A stretch of DNA of 56,170 bases, filler included, from Squatina squatina (Eukaryota), in assembly GCA_031763465.1 (NCBI GenBank). It is 3 parts of 3 records of this genome, joined end to end, with 100 filler letters (N's around TTAATTAATTAA, not from the genome) between each part and the next. Parts side by side here need not be neighbours in the genome. Positions count along the whole stretch, not along the records: positions 41,716 to 56,170 come from JARFOE010000219.1; 2 more parts are not named here. The stretch is one strand, 5' to 3'. Below are positions 53,068 through 56,170 of the stretch, piece by piece (within the stretch, counting starts at the first letter, position 1; each line of letters starts with the position of its first letter). A program made the position numbers and the translations under genes. Under the pieces are notes generated by a model. It had not been told where the DNA came from. It worked only from the letters and a program-made list of their open reading frames with translations, and ran no database searches.

Positions 53068-55079
53068 TTATTGTTGTTGGCCTGCTGGTTAATGTGCAGA
53101 GCAAACAGGATCCTAAAACTAATTGGGGGAGAAGACACATGAAAAAGGACAAAATGTTAGAGTTTCTACAAAAATACTGTATACTGACTGCACACAAAGC
53201 AGCACTGACAAATGGTGAAAATGCCTGTGGATAGCCACCACACAGTTGAGATTAAAGCGTTTCAGCCTGGGAGCTTTAAAGGAACTAAAAGGAATAAAAT
53301 ACAAGGAGAAAAAGACACTGCGGGAATATTTTTCAAAGAGTATTACGTGTTCTTTAATACATTACAAATTATAGAAGATCAGGGCAATGAAATACTTAGA
53401 TTCCAGAGAACTTGCTTTTAATTAAACTTATGAAAGCACAAAACAAAGATGTTTCGGTGATTCAGTAGCTNNNNNNNNNNNNNNNNNNNNNNNNNNNNNN
53501 NNNNNNNNNNNNNNNNNNNNNNNNNNNNNNNNNNNNNNNNNNNNNNNNNNNNNNNNNNNNNNNNNNNNNNGAAGTGACAATATAACCAGACATGATCCAG
53601 GAGTGATTTGTTTTATTGAAAATCTACAAATACAATTTTACAATATTCCATGTGCAGTTGAGGCTCTGAAAATAGCTTCTATAATGCAAAGCGAGTGCAG
53701 ATACATTGCAAGCTTAGATTGTACCCCTCATAATATAGACGGATTCCTTGTTAAAATCTGCATAATTTGCACGTGGCATATCCAAATGCCTGCCCAATGA
53801 ACTTGACTGAAGCCACAAAGATTGTACATGTAATTTGACATGTCAACAAACCAGGATGTATTTTTACTGCTCATCATCTATAAAGTTAATATCCCATTTG
53901 CCCCTGCAGTCTGCATCACTTGAACCGTTCATAGATGCTGCTTTGCTTTAGTACAAGCAGATAAGCATCAAAAGGTGGAAAAGTGCACCATCTCCAGTGC
54001 CTCTGCACTACTAGTTTAATACTGGGAAAAAAATCATTTGTACAAAATACAGTTTCGACAAAATTAACACATACATCACTCATTTGGAGGCTGTTCAGCC
54101 AATTCCAGCAATAAACAGCGTCATGAAATTCCAGTGTTTAAAAACTTTATTCTCCAAAAAGAGAAAAAAAACACAAAACATCTTTACTAATCAAAATTGC
54201 ATGTGAAAAGACTTTAACAGGACTTGCACATATTATTTTAAATTAAAACATTCACATTTGATTATTTTTTGAAAAGGCAGCTGTTTGGGATGCCTGCTAT
54301 GCCAATGATTGCTTTACTGTACAGTAGTTACATTCAATAATTCTATTCCAGTCTTTGATCAAATATTCTGATCATGAGACAATTTATTAATCTGCACAAA
54401 TCAGGTTCACACAAACACTTAAACTATCAAGCCTTCCAATTGAGCAAACTGCTCCAATCTGGAGAGATTTTTCTGCTAGGAGGAATGAGGAAACAAAATC
54501 TATTATAATATAAAAATCTATATGGTGGAATTTGTGAATTCTATTTTATTTCATAAAAATATATTCTGTCGTCTGCACACTTAATCCTCACAAAAGACCC
54601 TGGAACTATGCTCGACATGAGCCGTCGTCCCCCAGCAAGGCTGCAACCTAAAAAAAAATATAAAAATACCACACCTAAAAGGTTAAATCAGTACAGCCTG
54701 GACCCAGGGTTATGTACAGTGTGATTCAAAGATAGCTAACGTAAGAAGTGTATCTATATTTACATTATAAATAGTTACCATAATAGTAATTACATGAATA
54801 TTGCTACCGCCAAGTGCTGGTATAAAATGGAATGTCAAATATTTTGTTAACTGTAGGTCTTCCTCTTCCCACAGGAAATATACCAGGCTAGTGAATTCTC
54901 CTCTTAGACATGTCTTTGTCCCTTAATCTTCCTCACGCGCTTCTCCTTGTAATTAAGCGCCAGTCGTATCGAACGTGGATGGCACCACATCCAATCTCCA
55001 GACGTCTCGACCAGGGAGTGATGTGTGACACCAATTGGGAGGGATGGTGAATGCCGCCTATGGCTGTAAGAGAAGTCAT

Positions 55080-55192
55080 CGTCGCTGGGTCAAAATCCTG
55101 GAACTCACCACCTAAAAGCACTGTGGGAGGACTTTCACCACACGGACTGCAGCGGTTCAAGAAGGCGCACCATCAGCTGCTCAAGAGCAACT
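55080..55192 (+). mobile_element. LINE 3' fragment (CR1-like)
   Basis: SKSWNS...GLQRFKKAHHQLLK remnant. Confidence 0.65.
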
Positions 55193-56142
55193 NNNNNNNN
55201 NNNNNNNNNNNNNNNNNNNNNNNNNNNNNNNNNNNNNNNNNNNNNNNNNNNNNNNNNNNNNNNNNNNNNNNNNNNNNNNNNNNNNNNNNNNNCCATTTCC
55301 CTGGCCTTTTCTATGATATCCCGTAGATCTTCAGGCTGCAACACAAAAATGAAAATGTCCAGTACAGAAATAGCTGCAGCATTTATATGAACAGCAGACA
55401 CAGCAAAATATTGTTTGTGCTATGTTATATGAGCTCACTAAAGGGCAGACTAGAAATTGCTAGGAGTCACTTGATGGAAAGTTAAATGTGTTCACTCAAC
55501 TGCAGCCTCAATTGCTGCGGCACACCACCTGTGCTAACTTTTTCTTCCTGTTTCTTGGCCAAGCCATTAGGTAGGCTCCTCATTGACGTTGAGTATTTTA
55601 TCTGAAGGAGAAGCACCCAACACTACCTTGTGTTGCAGAAATAGGCTCTTTTATATCAATCTATTACTGAAATGTGCATCATTTTTTAAATGGACATCTT
55701 TCTCCCTGAATCGTTTTCCATGATCCGTTTAATATATTCTCTCTGCACTCCCCCTCTCCTCCTGGAGTGCAGATATACAACTGCATCCATTTTTATTGTG
55801 CCAGTTGTGTTGAAAATTTATGGAGAGGTGCACGTATGCGATTGCAAGGGTCCCTATTGGTTGGGGATTTATTCAGATCTGCTACATTGGTTTGTGCGTG
55901 GTCAGGGGTCTAACTTCCATTGGCAATCAGATCAGTTCCGTGTCCAACACTATGACGTCTACAACTACAGTCACGCACACCCTCCAGAGAGAAGTCTGCC
56001 CCAACCGCTGCACAAAACGTTACCACGTGCAACACCTTACTTAAATCCATCAGAGAGACCTTTGCAAACAACAGCAAAGATTAAAGGGAGCAGCTCCTGG
56101 TAGTGTGGAACAGATACAACTGTGATGATTTGGAGAACTGTT

Positions 56143-56170
56143 GATAAGAACATAAAAAATAGGAGCAGAA
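56143..56170 (-). mobile_element. start of a CR1 3' tail at the window edge
   Basis: ataagaacataaaaaataggagcag, as at 16888. Confidence 0.55.

Noticed and set aside
55690-56103. 137-aa plus-strand ORF
   Set aside because: No recognisable domain, and it is not ATP6V1D; likely a chance ORF.

Overview
Eukaryotic vertebrate DNA. The repeat content (CR1-type LINE tails, DeuSINE/SacSINE1-like and V-SINE-like SINEs, a Penelope-type repeat) points to a cartilaginous fish (shark); this is an inference. The assembly is fragmented, with many 10-N and 100-N gaps. Two identical artificial linkers (44 N + TTAATTAATTAA + 44 N) at 12278-12377 and 41616-41715 indicate three probably unrelated scaffolds joined end to end. 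Scaffold 3 (41716-56170) carries four recognisable minus-strand coding exons of EIF2S1 (eIF2-alpha; exons 3, 5 and 6 are not visible), followed about 4 kb downstream on the same strand by the first coding exon of ZFYVE26 (spastizin). Scaffold 2 has no recognisable host gene but holds transposon fossils: CR1 RT/endonuclease, L2 tails, a TIR-bounded MITE, a Harbinger transposase fragment, a DIRS/Ngaro tyrosine recombinase fragment and a Penelope repeat with a decayed hammerhead. Scaffold 1 has a candidate TATA plus signal-peptide exon that could splice to a Cys-rich exon (speculative). I found no confidently supported new biological system. The best leads are the candidate secreted Cys-rich peptide gene, a possible uORF-bearing EIF2S1 leader exon and an unexplained coding-like fossil at about 33.6-35.4 kb.
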